A stretch of 63,662 bases of DNA, filler included, from Chlamydiales bacterium (GCA_016213235.1; 5 parts of 5 records of this genome joined end to end with filler, not necessarily neighbours in it), one strand, 5' to 3'. Shown: positions 1-9,333, numbered from the whole stretch's first letter. Notes: a model not told the origin generated them from the sequence alone. Program-made: numbers and translations.

Positions 1-806
1 CCGGAATCAAGTCTTACTCCTAAAAGTTCATGACCATGTTTTCTTAAGTCTTTTGCTACTTCTATCGCTTTTTTAGTCCCTTCCACTGAATCATAGGTAT
101 CAATTAACAGTACACTATTTCCAGGCATATGCTTTGCAAATGCGATAAAAGCATCCTTTTCTTCATCAAAAGCCATTACCCAGCTATGCGCTTGCGTCCC
201 TTTCACCGGGATATTATATTTTTTTCCTGCAATCACATTGGAAGTAGAAGCACAACCTCCAATAAATGCAGCTCTTGAGGCAGTAATAGCGCCATCTACC
301 CCTTGAGCCCTTCTCATACCAAATTCCACTACTTCGTTTGGAGCTGCTGCAAGATTAATTCTTGCAGATTTTGTTGCAATGAGTGTTTGAAAGTTCATGA
401 TATTCAGTAGAGGGCTTTCTAATAATTGTGCATGTAAAATAGGTCCTGTTACCCGAATGAGTGGCTCACTTGGAAAAACAATAGTACCCTCTTCTACTGC
501 ATCTATATTTAACTTAAAAGAAAACGTCGCCAAAAAATCAAGAAAATCACGAGAAAAAAGGAGATCATTATCAGCCCCTTTTAAGGAGGCCAAATACGCA
601 ATATCATCCTGTGTAAAGTGAAACTTTTCTATAAATTCAATCAAGGTTTCCAGTCCTGCAGAAACTGCGAATTCTCCTTGAAAAGGCTTTTTACGAAAAA
701 AATAGTAAAAAGAAGCCTCTTTCTCATGAATATTTTCCTTCCAATAACAATAAGCCATTGTCAGCTGATATAAGTCGGTTAATAGTGCTAAAGATTCATT
801 TTGCAT
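1..806 (-). CDS. pncB: Nicotinate phosphoribosyltransferase, N-terminal part (runs off window start)
   Basis: Not in the ORF track because it is open-ended. Manual reverse-strand translation from ATG 806 gives MQNESLALLTDLYQLTMAYCYW...EFGMRRAQG...PVKGTQAHSW, which are hallmark PncB motifs. Confidence 0.93.
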   Translation of the reverse strand, partial: MQNESLALLTDLYQLTMAYCYWKENIHEKEASFYYFFRKKPFQGEFAVSAGLETLIEFIEKFHFTQDDIAYLASLKGADNDLLFSRDFLDFLATFSFKLNIDAVEEGTIVFPSEPLIRVTGPILHAQLLESPLLNIMNFQTLIATKSARINLAAAPNEVVEFGMRRAQGVDGAITASRAAFIGGCASTSNVIAGKKYNIPVKGTQAHSWVMAFDEEKDAFIAFAKHMPGNSVLLIDTYDSVEGTKKAIEVAKDLRKHGHELLGVRLDS

Positions 807-1170
807 AAGCATTTGTTTGTTGCATCTGTTTGATTAGTTCACTTCGCTGTTTTTTCAAAAGAGTTATTTGCTGGTCTATTTTAGCTGCTATCTCATTACA
901 AGCATCTGCAAATTGCCAATATCTTCTTGCATCTGTTAACATCCCATTTTCAAATTGTAATCGATCGCCCTGATCTTGAGCTCTGACCGCTTTTGCTTTA
1001 TAAGTATCCCTTTCATTTTCTAATCGCTTAATTTGGTCATCGAGATAGTCTAATTGTTGCTGTTGCTGTAATTGACTTTCTTTAGCTGCATTGATTTCTG
1101 TAGATTGTTCTACCGCCCTAGCTACTGCCACATTAAACACGATAGAAATAAAATAAATGAGCCAATACAC
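796..1170 (-). CDS. Hypothetical exported coiled-coil protein
   Basis: 124 aa; hydrophobic N-terminal signal-like segment, then Q/E/K heptad-rich helices; its stop overlaps the pncB start. Confidence 0.7.
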   Translation of the reverse strand: MYWLIYFISIVFNVAVARAVEQSTEINAAKESQLQQQQQLDYLDDQIKRLENERDTYKAKAVRAQDQGDRLQFENGMLTDARRYWQFADACNEIAAKIDQQITLLKKQRSELIKQMQQTNAYAK

Positions 1171-1176
1171 GCCTTA

Positions 1177-1365
1177 TTACTCTCCTGATTTATTGGTAGG
1201 GCACTCCCAATTTCTACATTTTGAATACTTATCTTCATTGGCAAATCCACAATACATGCAATACCAGGAATTATCCTTTTTTTGGCAACTAGTATGTCGT
1301 TTGGACTCCAACGAGACAAAAGGATAAGAAAAAAGAAGAATAAATACCAAGACATAAAAATGCAT
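1177..1365 (-). CDS. Small signal-peptide protein with RanBP2-like zinc finger
   Basis: MHFYVLVFILLFSYPFVSLE leader followed by WYCMYCGFANEDKYSKCRNWEC; ends 6 nt before the next gene. Confidence 0.55.
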   Translation of the reverse strand: MHFYVLVFILLFSYPFVSLESKRHTSCQKKDNSWYCMYCGFANEDKYSKCRNWECPTNKSGE

Positions 1366-1431
1366 AAAAAGCTCCTTTTCTGCATCAAACATTTCAAGTT
1401 AATCGTGGAGTTAATTATAATCAACTCTGAT

Positions 1432-2136
1432 ATGAAGAACCAAACAAATCATTTTTTTATTTTTTTTATTTTTTTTCCAATGTTCCTTTTTGGATCTTTT
1501 CGCATGGATGATCGTTTAGCTAGTGCCAAAAATGGGGATTTTGTTGTTTTTCAAATCAACCAGTTGATAACGCTCATCGTGATTAAAAAAATAGAAAAAG
1601 AGCGGTTATATATAGAAGAGATTTGTATTCCCAATACCAACCATTCCATCAAAGATTGGAAAAGATGGGTGGAGCAAAAAGCGCCAGGGCATACCTCTTG
1701 GATTAGCTACCAAATAGACCTTACTAACAAGAAAATTAATGATGCTTATAGCTTAACTCAAAAAAGCAAAATAGCCCTTTCTGCAGAAGATTCATTTATA
1801 TTAAAATTATTTGAACTTTCTTTTGACTTGATCCCTGATAAGAACAGAAGAAAAATAGGGCCTGAACCAATGGATGGAAGCCTTGACACAAGAAAGATTT
1901 GGACACCTCTCCTTGTAATGGAAGGAAAAAAAATAAGTAGTCCTATTATAGAAGCAACAACTGCTACCTGGCCCAAGGATAATAGCGAACTTAGTGGAAA
2001 AAAAATAGAATGTTATTTTTTTCAAGAAAAAGACTCTTTTCCTCTCCCTTTTTGGATACAAATTACCGATGATTCAGAAGCTAGATTTAATATTATCGGT
2101 ATTGATTGTGGGAAAAACCTTTATAATAACAAATAA
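1432..2136 (+). CDS. Conserved chlamydial hypothetical exported protein (CT021-like)
   Basis: Signal-like N-terminus from ATG 1432; motifs APGHTSW and RRKIGP; sits upstream of lepB as in Chlamydia. Confidence 0.7.
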   Translation: MKNQTNHFFIFFIFFPMFLFGSFRMDDRLASAKNGDFVVFQINQLITLIVIKKIEKERLYIEEICIPNTNHSIKDWKRWVEQKAPGHTSWISYQIDLTNKKINDAYSLTQKSKIALSAEDSFILKLFELSFDLIPDKNRRKIGPEPMDGSLDTRKIWTPLLVMEGKKISSPIIEATTATWPKDNSELSGKKIECYFFQEKDSFPLPFWIQITDDSEARFNIIGIDCGKNLYNNK

Positions 2137-2200
2137 GAATTTCCTCTGGTAATTTTCCCTTATCTATATTAAAATTCTTAAACTTTATTCTTGAGGGAAA

Positions 2201-4051
2201 ATGTACTCTTTTCGCAAATCAAAAAAAATGCTTCGCATCCTAATGCAACAATATCGGAAAAAGAAAAAAAATCTTTCTCCTGAGAGCGAGCAAGAGATTA
2301 TTCGCGAACTAAGATGTTTACAAGACTCTATTTTAAAAGATGATAAAGTGGCTGCTGCCCAGTTTGCCAAACAGGCAGAACGATTTACAAAAACCCATTT
2401 AAAAAAGAACACATTTGACCATATTATCGAGATAGCTTTTGCTCTGTTATTTGCGCTTTTTATTGCCATTGTCATTCGACAAATGTGGTTTGAATTCTAC
2501 GAAATTCCTACTGGTTCTATGCGTCCTACATTGCAAGAAAAAGATCGTTTGGTCGTTTCCAAGACGCAATTTGGTATCAATTTCCCCCTAACTCCAAAAC
2601 ATTTTTATTTCGATCAAGCAGATGTAGAGCGAAATGGTATTATCGTTTTTACTGGCCAGGACATGGACATTCGAGATGTAGACACCATGTATTTCTACAT
2701 TTTCCCAGGAAAAAAGCAATATATCAAGCGACTCATGGGGAAACCGGGAGATACTCTTTATTTCTACGGTGGTCAACTATATGGTATTGATAAAGAGGAT
2801 AATGATATTACGGGGCAGCTGCAGCCTGCGATGCTAGATAATGTCAATCACGTGCCCTTTATCCAGTTTGATGGTAAAGTCATTACCCCTATGCCCCCTG
2901 TTGGAGGGATATATTCTCCTGTGATCTTCTATCAAATGAATCTTCCTGTAGCAAAAATGTTTGTTAATCCTTTCCATCAAATCGATACGCAAATGCTATA
3001 TAAAACAGTCACTCCTACGAAAATGGAGTATTACGATTTATGGGGTTTCAAGCATTATGCAATGACAAGAATACTTTCTGCTAGTGAACTCCAAAAATTG
3101 TATCCTTCTTTAATAATGTCTGAAAAAACAGATTATTATCTGCAATTTGTCCATCATCCTAATTTATCAAATGGGAAACTAGAAAAAGATTTGTTCGGAC
3201 GGATTAGGCCAAATTTAGGGCTGATGTATACCTATCTTCCCCTTCAAGAAGAGCACTTAAAAAACCTCTTTCAAAATTTATACACAGCTAGGTTTATTGT
3301 GAACAATGGTTTTGCAAGACGTTATGGAAATCCAGAAATGAGTCAGCAAAATAAGCATTTTTATCCCTATTTTCCCGGTATTCCTAATGGTTGTTATGAA
3401 TTTATGGATGGCAAAGTCTATCAGATCAAATGGCAAGGGCTTTCCGTAAAGCTATCGGACAATCATCCTCTTTATCAATTTGATATTGCACGCCTTGTTA
3501 CTTTATTTAATCTTGGTATTGAGTTTGACACTAGATTTAATCCGGGGATGTTACCGATTAATATCTTGCCCTCCCGTTTTGCATTTTATAAAGAAGGTGG
3601 TTTGTATGTAATGGGGAAAAAGATCTTTGATAGTACAGATCCTACGCTGCAGTCCTTTATTAAAAGTGAAATGCAAAAAGCATCTTCTAATTCTTCTTAT
3701 AAGCCATTTATTGATGATAAACCTCCTATGGTAAATGGAACGATAAGCAAAGAGTTTATCAAACAATATGGCATTACCATTCCAGATGGGCAATATCTAG
3801 TGCTTGGGGATAATTATGCAATGAGTGCAGACAGCAGAGATTTTGGATTTGTGCCACAAGGTAATTTAAGAGGAGTCCCTACCTTTATTTTTTGGCCTTT
3901 TGGAGATCGTTTTGGAGCTTTGCACCAACCTTCTTACCCAATATTTACAGCTCCAAGGGTTGCAATTTGGGGCCTTGCATTAATTGTTTATTTAATATGG
4001 AGAATTTTTCACAATAAACGGCATCGGCTACCATATAAAGAGTTAGAATAG
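2201..4051 (+). CDS. lepB: Signal peptidase I (long chlamydial form)
   Basis: TM segment, catalytic Ser box IPTGSMRPTL, Lys box YIKRLMG, and GDNYAMSADSR. Confidence 0.96.
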   Translation: MYSFRKSKKMLRILMQQYRKKKKNLSPESEQEIIRELRCLQDSILKDDKVAAAQFAKQAERFTKTHLKKNTFDHIIEIAFALLFALFIAIVIRQMWFEFYEIPTGSMRPTLQEKDRLVVSKTQFGINFPLTPKHFYFDQADVERNGIIVFTGQDMDIRDVDTMYFYIFPGKKQYIKRLMGKPGDTLYFYGGQLYGIDKEDNDITGQLQPAMLDNVNHVPFIQFDGKVITPMPPVGGIYSPVIFYQMNLPVAKMFVNPFHQIDTQMLYKTVTPTKMEYYDLWGFKHYAMTRILSASELQKLYPSLIMSEKTDYYLQFVHHPNLSNGKLEKDLFGRIRPNLGLMYTYLPLQEEHLKNLFQNLYTARFIVNNGFARRYGNPEMSQQNKHFYPYFPGIPNGCYEFMDGKVYQIKWQGLSVKLSDNHPLYQFDIARLVTLFNLGIEFDTRFNPGMLPINILPSRFAFYKEGGLYVMGKKIFDSTDPTLQSFIKSEMQKASSNSSYKPFIDDKPPMVNGTISKEFIKQYGITIPDGQYLVLGDNYAMSADSRDFGFVPQGNLRGVPTFIFWPFGDRFGALHQPSYPIFTAPRVAIWGLALIVYLIWRIFHNKRHRLPYKELE

Positions 4052-4053
4052 AA

Positions 4054-5439
4054 CTAACTGATTCTAATTACTAATACTGTAATATTGTCTTGTGATGTTG
4101 TAAGCGCTTTTCTTACTAATTTTTTAGCAATATTATCTGTTTGTATACTAGTAGCTACTACATCTACGATATCATCTTCTTGCAAGTAATCTTTTAATCC
4201 ATCGCAAGCTAAAACAAGAATATCACCCGCCTTAACAGGTGCTACCGTCATTTTTGGTTTATGGATTACCCCGGCTTCTCCGGTTTCACTTGTTGTTTTA
4301 TCTAAATCACCAAGCGCCCTACTAACATTTGTTCCTGTATCAGGAGGAAATCTCAAATCTTTTCTACAAGGAACCGATGCATCAAATATATCTCTACCTG
4401 TTATTGTAGGCCACTTTGTGGCTATTGTTTCATCATGCAATGCAATAGCAGCTCGTAGCGCCTCTTTTTGATCTGCCCAATCTCTTACAACAGAAAGTGG
4501 CACGGATTTTACCTGCTGACCAATTTTTCTATAAATATTTGATTCACTGTCTCCTAGTGTTGCTGTGTAGGCCAAATGAGTTGTTTTATCAATAAAGGTA
4601 ATAACAGCAGTAGATCCTTGTGAAGACATGATGTCCCTTCTAGTATAATCGATTATGTCACTATGAATTTCATCTATTAAACTCTCAAATGCTCTAAAAA
4701 CATCCCCTTTACACTCTGCTAATTTTGCTGGGAATCTCTCTTTAAATTGAAGCGCTGCATAATTAGATGCTATAGAACCCAAGTGCCCATCAAATACGGC
4801 AGCGAGCATCCCTGACTCGACTTCCACAAAAAGATGTGCATCTTCCATGGTTGGTCTATATTTCTTATTTAGTGCTTCATAATGTTGCTGAGAGAATGTA
4901 AGTATCGTATCATCCACAACTACATCCAAAGATTCTTCTATCGTTGCATAAACACCCAGTTCACCTGGCGTTGCTCCTTCTATGTGTTCCCTGATTGCTT
5001 TTGCAAAATTCTTCTGCATTTTTCTACTTTCTTCTTCTTGGGAAAGCGTTTCTCCTCTTGGAGTCCAGAAAGCATTATGAGGGGCATGATCTAATATAGA
5101 GGAAACACTTTGTGATGAAGCTTCATCATATTCTTCTAAAACCTCTTCCGCACCAAAAAAGATCTCTTTAACGCTTGTTGCTATTTGTGTAAAAATATCT
5201 CCAAAAGATGTGTTATTACAAACTTCCACACGACTTTCATCCAGTATGCTTTCTTGTGAAACCCTCTCAACATCACTAAAAGATCTGATTGTTTTTCCTA
5301 TCAGATCCTTATCCAATTCTTCTATCGGGGTATCGTTTAGGTAATCTGCATAATAGATACCTTCCAGCCCTGGGAAGGTATTTTCAAGAGCTTGCATGCG
5401 ATCTCTCTGTGCAATGGTAGTATCCATGGTTTTTACCAT
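4054..5439 (-). CDS. PP2C-family Ser/Thr phosphatase with long acidic N-terminal extension (effector-like)
   Basis: Motifs VFDGHLG, GSTAV, LGDS, NVSRALGD, LACDGL, SQDNITV; about 190-aa non-catalytic N-terminus. Confidence 0.88.
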   Translation of the reverse strand: MVKTMDTTIAQRDRMQALENTFPGLEGIYYADYLNDTPIEELDKDLIGKTIRSFSDVERVSQESILDESRVEVCNNTSFGDIFTQIATSVKEIFFGAEEVLEEYDEASSQSVSSILDHAPHNAFWTPRGETLSQEEESRKMQKNFAKAIREHIEGATPGELGVYATIEESLDVVVDDTILTFSQQHYEALNKKYRPTMEDAHLFVEVESGMLAAVFDGHLGSIASNYAALQFKERFPAKLAECKGDVFRAFESLIDEIHSDIIDYTRRDIMSSQGSTAVITFIDKTTHLAYTATLGDSESNIYRKIGQQVKSVPLSVVRDWADQKEALRAAIALHDETIATKWPTITGRDIFDASVPCRKDLRFPPDTGTNVSRALGDLDKTTSETGEAGVIHKPKMTVAPVKAGDILVLACDGLKDYLQEDDIVDVVATSIQTDNIAKKLVRKALTTSQDNITVLVIRIS

Positions 5440-5509
5440 TTTCCTATTAATTATAAGAATTATAGAAAGTAATATTAAAAAAAACTAATTATAAACATTC
5501 TAATTTGTT

Positions 5510-7852
5510 CTATCTGGTGTACGCTCTTATTCCTAAAGAATCGGTATATCTTTCAAGGGTTTTTTCAAATGTTTCAGAGTGCTTTTCCAGTCTTGTACGG
5601 GCTTTTACTAATAAAGCCTGTATGCCATCCGCCCTCCACAATTCTTGCATTTTTTCATCTGTACTGTGCATATACCTAAAACAGTTTTCGAGTTGCTTTT
5701 TACGCATTTCAATAGATAAAAATTTGCTAAGAAGTTTTGTTTTGACATAATTATGTTTATCCGAACTGAAGATACAACCAAGCGCTGCCCTTAAAGCCAG
5801 CTTGCTATTTTCATACATGCAGTTACCGACCTTCTGGGGTGTTCTATAGTCCAGATTAATCATAAATTCCATGCAATGCTCATCATCCGAGATACAATCT
5901 ATTTCTTCATCTTGGGACAGCATCATAGGCAACTCCCAGTAAAAATGGTAGTCAGTCGACGGCATTGTTTCAATTGATGTTAAGAGTATGGGAAATCGAC
6001 ACATGATGGTGCGTATCATTTCTTCTGTCACTTTTGATGGGTCTATTCTATGACATCCTAGCCCATTATTACGATCACATACAATCATCATGTCTTTGTA
6101 AAAAACAATAGAAAATCCATGGTTAACACGAGTCAGTGGCATGATGGTAAGATTACCTGCCCGGATGCCGGTTACAAGTTCTTCAACAGAGCGATTGGTA
6201 TCATACGCCCTTGTTAAGGCGTTTCTTAAAGTCTCTTGCTGCTCCGGCAACATCATCTCAGATATAAAAGGGTGTGGTGTAGAAAGAAGTTGTGCCCATT
6301 CTTTATAAAATAAAGAAGAATAGAAATGTGTTACAGTTATGGTTCGATCTCCTACCAGGATTTTGTCATCAAAGCTGTTAACATGTCCCAGCATTTTTAG
6401 TTGTAAAGTTGTTTCGGATACAGGGTCAGGTCCTACAAGGCTTGCAATGGCGCTAAAATCGTTAGCAGCGGCTATTGTATAGGGAGTATGGCTATTGGTA
6501 GTGTCAGGAGCTAGCCTATTAGCCCCTCTTTCAAGAAGAAGTTTAACACAATCCATATTGCCCGCAACTACAGCAGCGCGAAGAGCCCCATCATAGGATG
6601 CAGACAAGTCAACATCGGCGCTTAAAAATTCTTTGATACGATGCGGTGCATATAGAATAACAAAAGGAAAAGCTTTGCTCATCTTATCTTGACTCGGACA
6701 AGCTTCATGACGTAATAGGATAGCTGCAACTGAATCGGAACCTGCGAGCAACGCTCCATCCAGGGCCTTTGTTTTAACTTCCGGTGTGAATTCAAATGTA
6801 GTAAGAAGGAATTCAACAAAAGCAGTATCCGCGACATTTACAGCTTTGGCAAGACCTTTTGTTAGAGCATCCATATTTGTTGTTCTAGCCCCATACCATA
6901 ACAGATATTTTATAAATAAACTTGAATCAGTTTCTAGAGCTCTATCCAGGGCCTTTGTTTTAACTTCTGGTGTGAATAGTGTAGTAAGAAGAAGTTCAAG
7001 AAGAGCCGTATCTGCGATATTTACAACTTTGACAAGCCCTTTTGTTAGAGCATCCACATTTGTTGTTCTAGCTCCATGCTCTAACAGACATTGTATACAT
7101 AAACTTGAATCAGTTTCTAGAGCTCCATCTAGGGCCTTTGTTTTAACTTCCGGTGTGAATTCAAATGTAATAAGAAGAAGTTCAAGAAGAGCGGTATCTG
7201 CGACATTTACAGCTTTGACAAGAACTTTTATTAGAGCATCCATATCTGTTGTTCTAGCTCCATGCTCTATCAGGATTACTATGTATGAAATTGAACTATT
7301 TTGTAAGGCTCTATTTAGAATCTCCGTTTTAGCCTCCGGTGTGAATTCAAATGTGGTAAGAAGGAATTCAAGAAGCGTAGTATGCCTGGTACCTACACCT
7401 TGAAAAAGGAATTTTGTTAGAACATCTATATCTGTTGTTCTAACTCCAGGGCTTAATAGGTACCGTATGCATGAATATGAACTATTTTGTAAGGCTTTAT
7501 TTAGAGCATCCGTTCTAACTTCAGGTGTTATAAATTCTTTATAGTCATCAAAAAGACTCTCAAGAGCAATTGCATTATTTACAGAGCAGACCCTTTGGAT
7601 TCTTTCATGAAAAACTTTGGTAGCAGCACTAGAAGAACCAAGCAGTAATTTCATGTGGTCTATGGATCTTGTGTCTAGCGCTTTAGAAGCTACGCTATAT
7701 AGATCAGATGGCTTTATATATTTTCTAAATGCGGAGATACGTGATAGATCATTGTGGCTAGAGGTTGGATATGAAGGTATTACCCGACCAGAATCTTGGG
7801 TTACCGGAATATCTGGAAGACTGTGTTTAATGGGTGTTGTAGCATCTAACAT
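5510..7852 (-). CDS. Ankyrin-repeat protein with C-terminal AnkH-like putative cysteine-protease domain
   Basis: Ankyrin-like repeats (ALRAAVVAGNMDCVKLLLERGAN, CLLEHGART); C-terminal NHGFSIVFYKDMMIVCDR...QKVGNCMYEN. Confidence 0.85.
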   Translation of the reverse strand: MLDATTPIKHSLPDIPVTQDSGRVIPSYPTSSHNDLSRISAFRKYIKPSDLYSVASKALDTRSIDHMKLLLGSSSAATKVFHERIQRVCSVNNAIALESLFDDYKEFITPEVRTDALNKALQNSSYSCIRYLLSPGVRTTDIDVLTKFLFQGVGTRHTTLLEFLLTTFEFTPEAKTEILNRALQNSSISYIVILIEHGARTTDMDALIKVLVKAVNVADTALLELLLITFEFTPEVKTKALDGALETDSSLCIQCLLEHGARTTNVDALTKGLVKVVNIADTALLELLLTTLFTPEVKTKALDRALETDSSLFIKYLLWYGARTTNMDALTKGLAKAVNVADTAFVEFLLTTFEFTPEVKTKALDGALLAGSDSVAAILLRHEACPSQDKMSKAFPFVILYAPHRIKEFLSADVDLSASYDGALRAAVVAGNMDCVKLLLERGANRLAPDTTNSHTPYTIAAANDFSAIASLVGPDPVSETTLQLKMLGHVNSFDDKILVGDRTITVTHFYSSLFYKEWAQLLSTPHPFISEMMLPEQQETLRNALTRAYDTNRSVEELVTGIRAGNLTIMPLTRVNHGFSIVFYKDMMIVCDRNNGLGCHRIDPSKVTEEMIRTIMCRFPILLTSIETMPSTDYHFYWELPMMLSQDEEIDCISDDEHCMEFMINLDYRTPQKVGNCMYENSKLALRAALGCIFSSDKHNYVKTKLLSKFLSIEMRKKQLENCFRYMHSTDEKMQELWRADGIQALLVKARTRLEKHSETFEKTLERYTDSLGIRAYTR
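6755..7530. repeat. Intragenic tandem repeat, about 4 copies of a 183-186 bp unit (two ankyrin-like repeats each)
   Basis: Anchor ccggtgtgaattcaaatg, or close variants, at 6781, 6967, 7150, 7336 and 7522 (spacings 186, 183, 186, 186). Confidence 0.9.
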
Positions 7853-7934
7853 AAATGATCCTGTTTATATAAAGCATTTTAGTAAAAAATTTTGCCAATT
7901 ATTATACTCTTCTTTCATTTACTAAGAACGATAA

Positions 7935-9188
7935 TCATTCGGTCATAGCTTTTTTAAACACAAAGACCTGTTCCTTCAGTCCTCTGAAAAGGCGCAAAAA
8001 CTCTTCTTTGGTATAAGGGCTTTTTAGCTCGGCTTGGATAGTACTATATTGTTTTCTAAGGCTGCCAAAAAAACCATCTACGGTTTCGTCCGGATCTAAA
8101 AGGGGTACTTTAGATCTTGAATGGAAATATTCCCCGCCACTAAAAAGGCTCTCGATTGTATGCAAAACAGGGCACGAAAAACACGAGTCTTCAGGATTAC
8201 CAGGGTCAATAACTGCTGCAAATGCATCATTTTGTTTCTGGCGCATATAGAAAAAAGCAGTGGCACCGGGATCCTTAACACACCCGGCAAAAAGGCTGGT
8301 GCCGAAAGAAAGACTGCGAATTTTCTCAGTGGTGTCACGTTCGAGAAAGTCTTGGTCTAACGAAGCGCCACGATAGAGGATTATTTTGCCTCCCAGCTCT
8401 CTTGAACATTCTAAACGAATAGAGTTTCTGAGGATGTCCGCGATGGCGCTATTAGATATGGCCAAAGGCATAATACATTGTCTACGTTGATAGTCGTCAT
8501 CGTCACGCACAAAGCGGGGGGTAAGGCACTCTGGGTACATCCCCAGACTTAACCTACGTATCTGTTGAATTCGGTCTGTTGAAAGTGAAGACTCATCGGA
8601 ATAAACACCCTTAAGAAAAGCGATCCGTTCCTCCAATATAGACTCAATTTGCTCCATGGTGAGATCGATTGCAACCCCATGCTCTCGAAAGATTTCATTG
8701 AATACTCGATTTAGAGAATACGCCAGGATAGATTCTTGATTACTAGAATATCGCTTTAACCAGGAGTTTTTTTCTCGTAAGCTCTCATGCATGGCCCATA
8801 ATTCATCCTCAGTAGGTCTCTCTGGATCTTTATAGGAAAACTTTTCCTCTTCACGTAAATCCTCTTTGATCGCTTCACATAGGAAGACTACTTCATATAG
8901 CGTTCTGGGGATGAACGTCACTTCAAGTTTGTCATCTATACGGTGGATCTCTTCTTTGATTTGTCTAATGCGCTCTTCAGGAGAAGCCTTTTTATGGGCA
9001 AGCGCCCATGTTGCGGGATGAAATGTAGCGAAAAGAGCACTTACTTTTTCCCAAGTAGAGGGATCTATATCTTCCCCTGCCGGCATCCGAGCAATGAAAT
9101 CTCCGTAACCATCCGAGATAACTTCCTCTCGGCACGACATTTTACTGCGAGCCGTATCAAATAAGCTTATGCTTGCCGTATTTTCCAT
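7935..9188 (-). CDS. Hypothetical protein (possible ADP-ribosyltransferase-like C-terminal domain)
   Basis: 417-aa ORF; C-terminal half contains LYRG...SLSFGTS...GEYFH. Confidence 0.75.
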   Translation of the reverse strand: MENTASISLFDTARSKMSCREEVISDGYGDFIARMPAGEDIDPSTWEKVSALFATFHPATWALAHKKASPEERIRQIKEEIHRIDDKLEVTFIPRTLYEVVFLCEAIKEDLREEEKFSYKDPERPTEDELWAMHESLREKNSWLKRYSSNQESILAYSLNRVFNEIFREHGVAIDLTMEQIESILEERIAFLKGVYSDESSLSTDRIQQIRRLSLGMYPECLTPRFVRDDDDYQRRQCIMPLAISNSAIADILRNSIRLECSRELGGKIILYRGASLDQDFLERDTTEKIRSLSFGTSLFAGCVKDPGATAFFYMRQKQNDAFAAVIDPGNPEDSCFSCPVLHTIESLFSGGEYFHSRSKVPLLDPDETVDGFFGSLRKQYSTIQAELKSPYTKEEFLRLFRGLKEQVFVFKKAMTE

Positions 9189-9333
9189 AATTATCAGCTT
9201 TTAAATTATAATTAATTGATAATTATAAAGAACAACACAATAAAAAAAATAAATAAAATATTAATTATTGTAATAGTTTTTTAAAAACGACACTTTTATT
9301 TAATTAAATAATTGATTACCAAATGTTTAAGAC

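Noticed and set aside
397..621. 74-aa plus-strand ORF and the many similar short ORFs opposite long genes
   Set aside because: Antisense or alternative-frame shadows of well-supported CDSs (here pncB).
6786..7403. 205-aa repetitive plus-strand ORF
   Set aside because: Antisense shadow of the ankyrin repeats; it stays open only because the unit is repeated.
6755..7530. Regularly spaced repeats as a possible CRISPR array
   Set aside because: The whole 186-bp unit repeats in-frame inside a CDS; there are no unique spacers and no cas genes. The same applies to 53785-54660.
5445..9230. Recurrent TATAAT/AATTATAA motifs upstream of orphan genes (also at about 23415)
   Set aside because: Expected by chance in extremely AT-rich spacers; no convincing -35 or unique shared motif could be established by eye.
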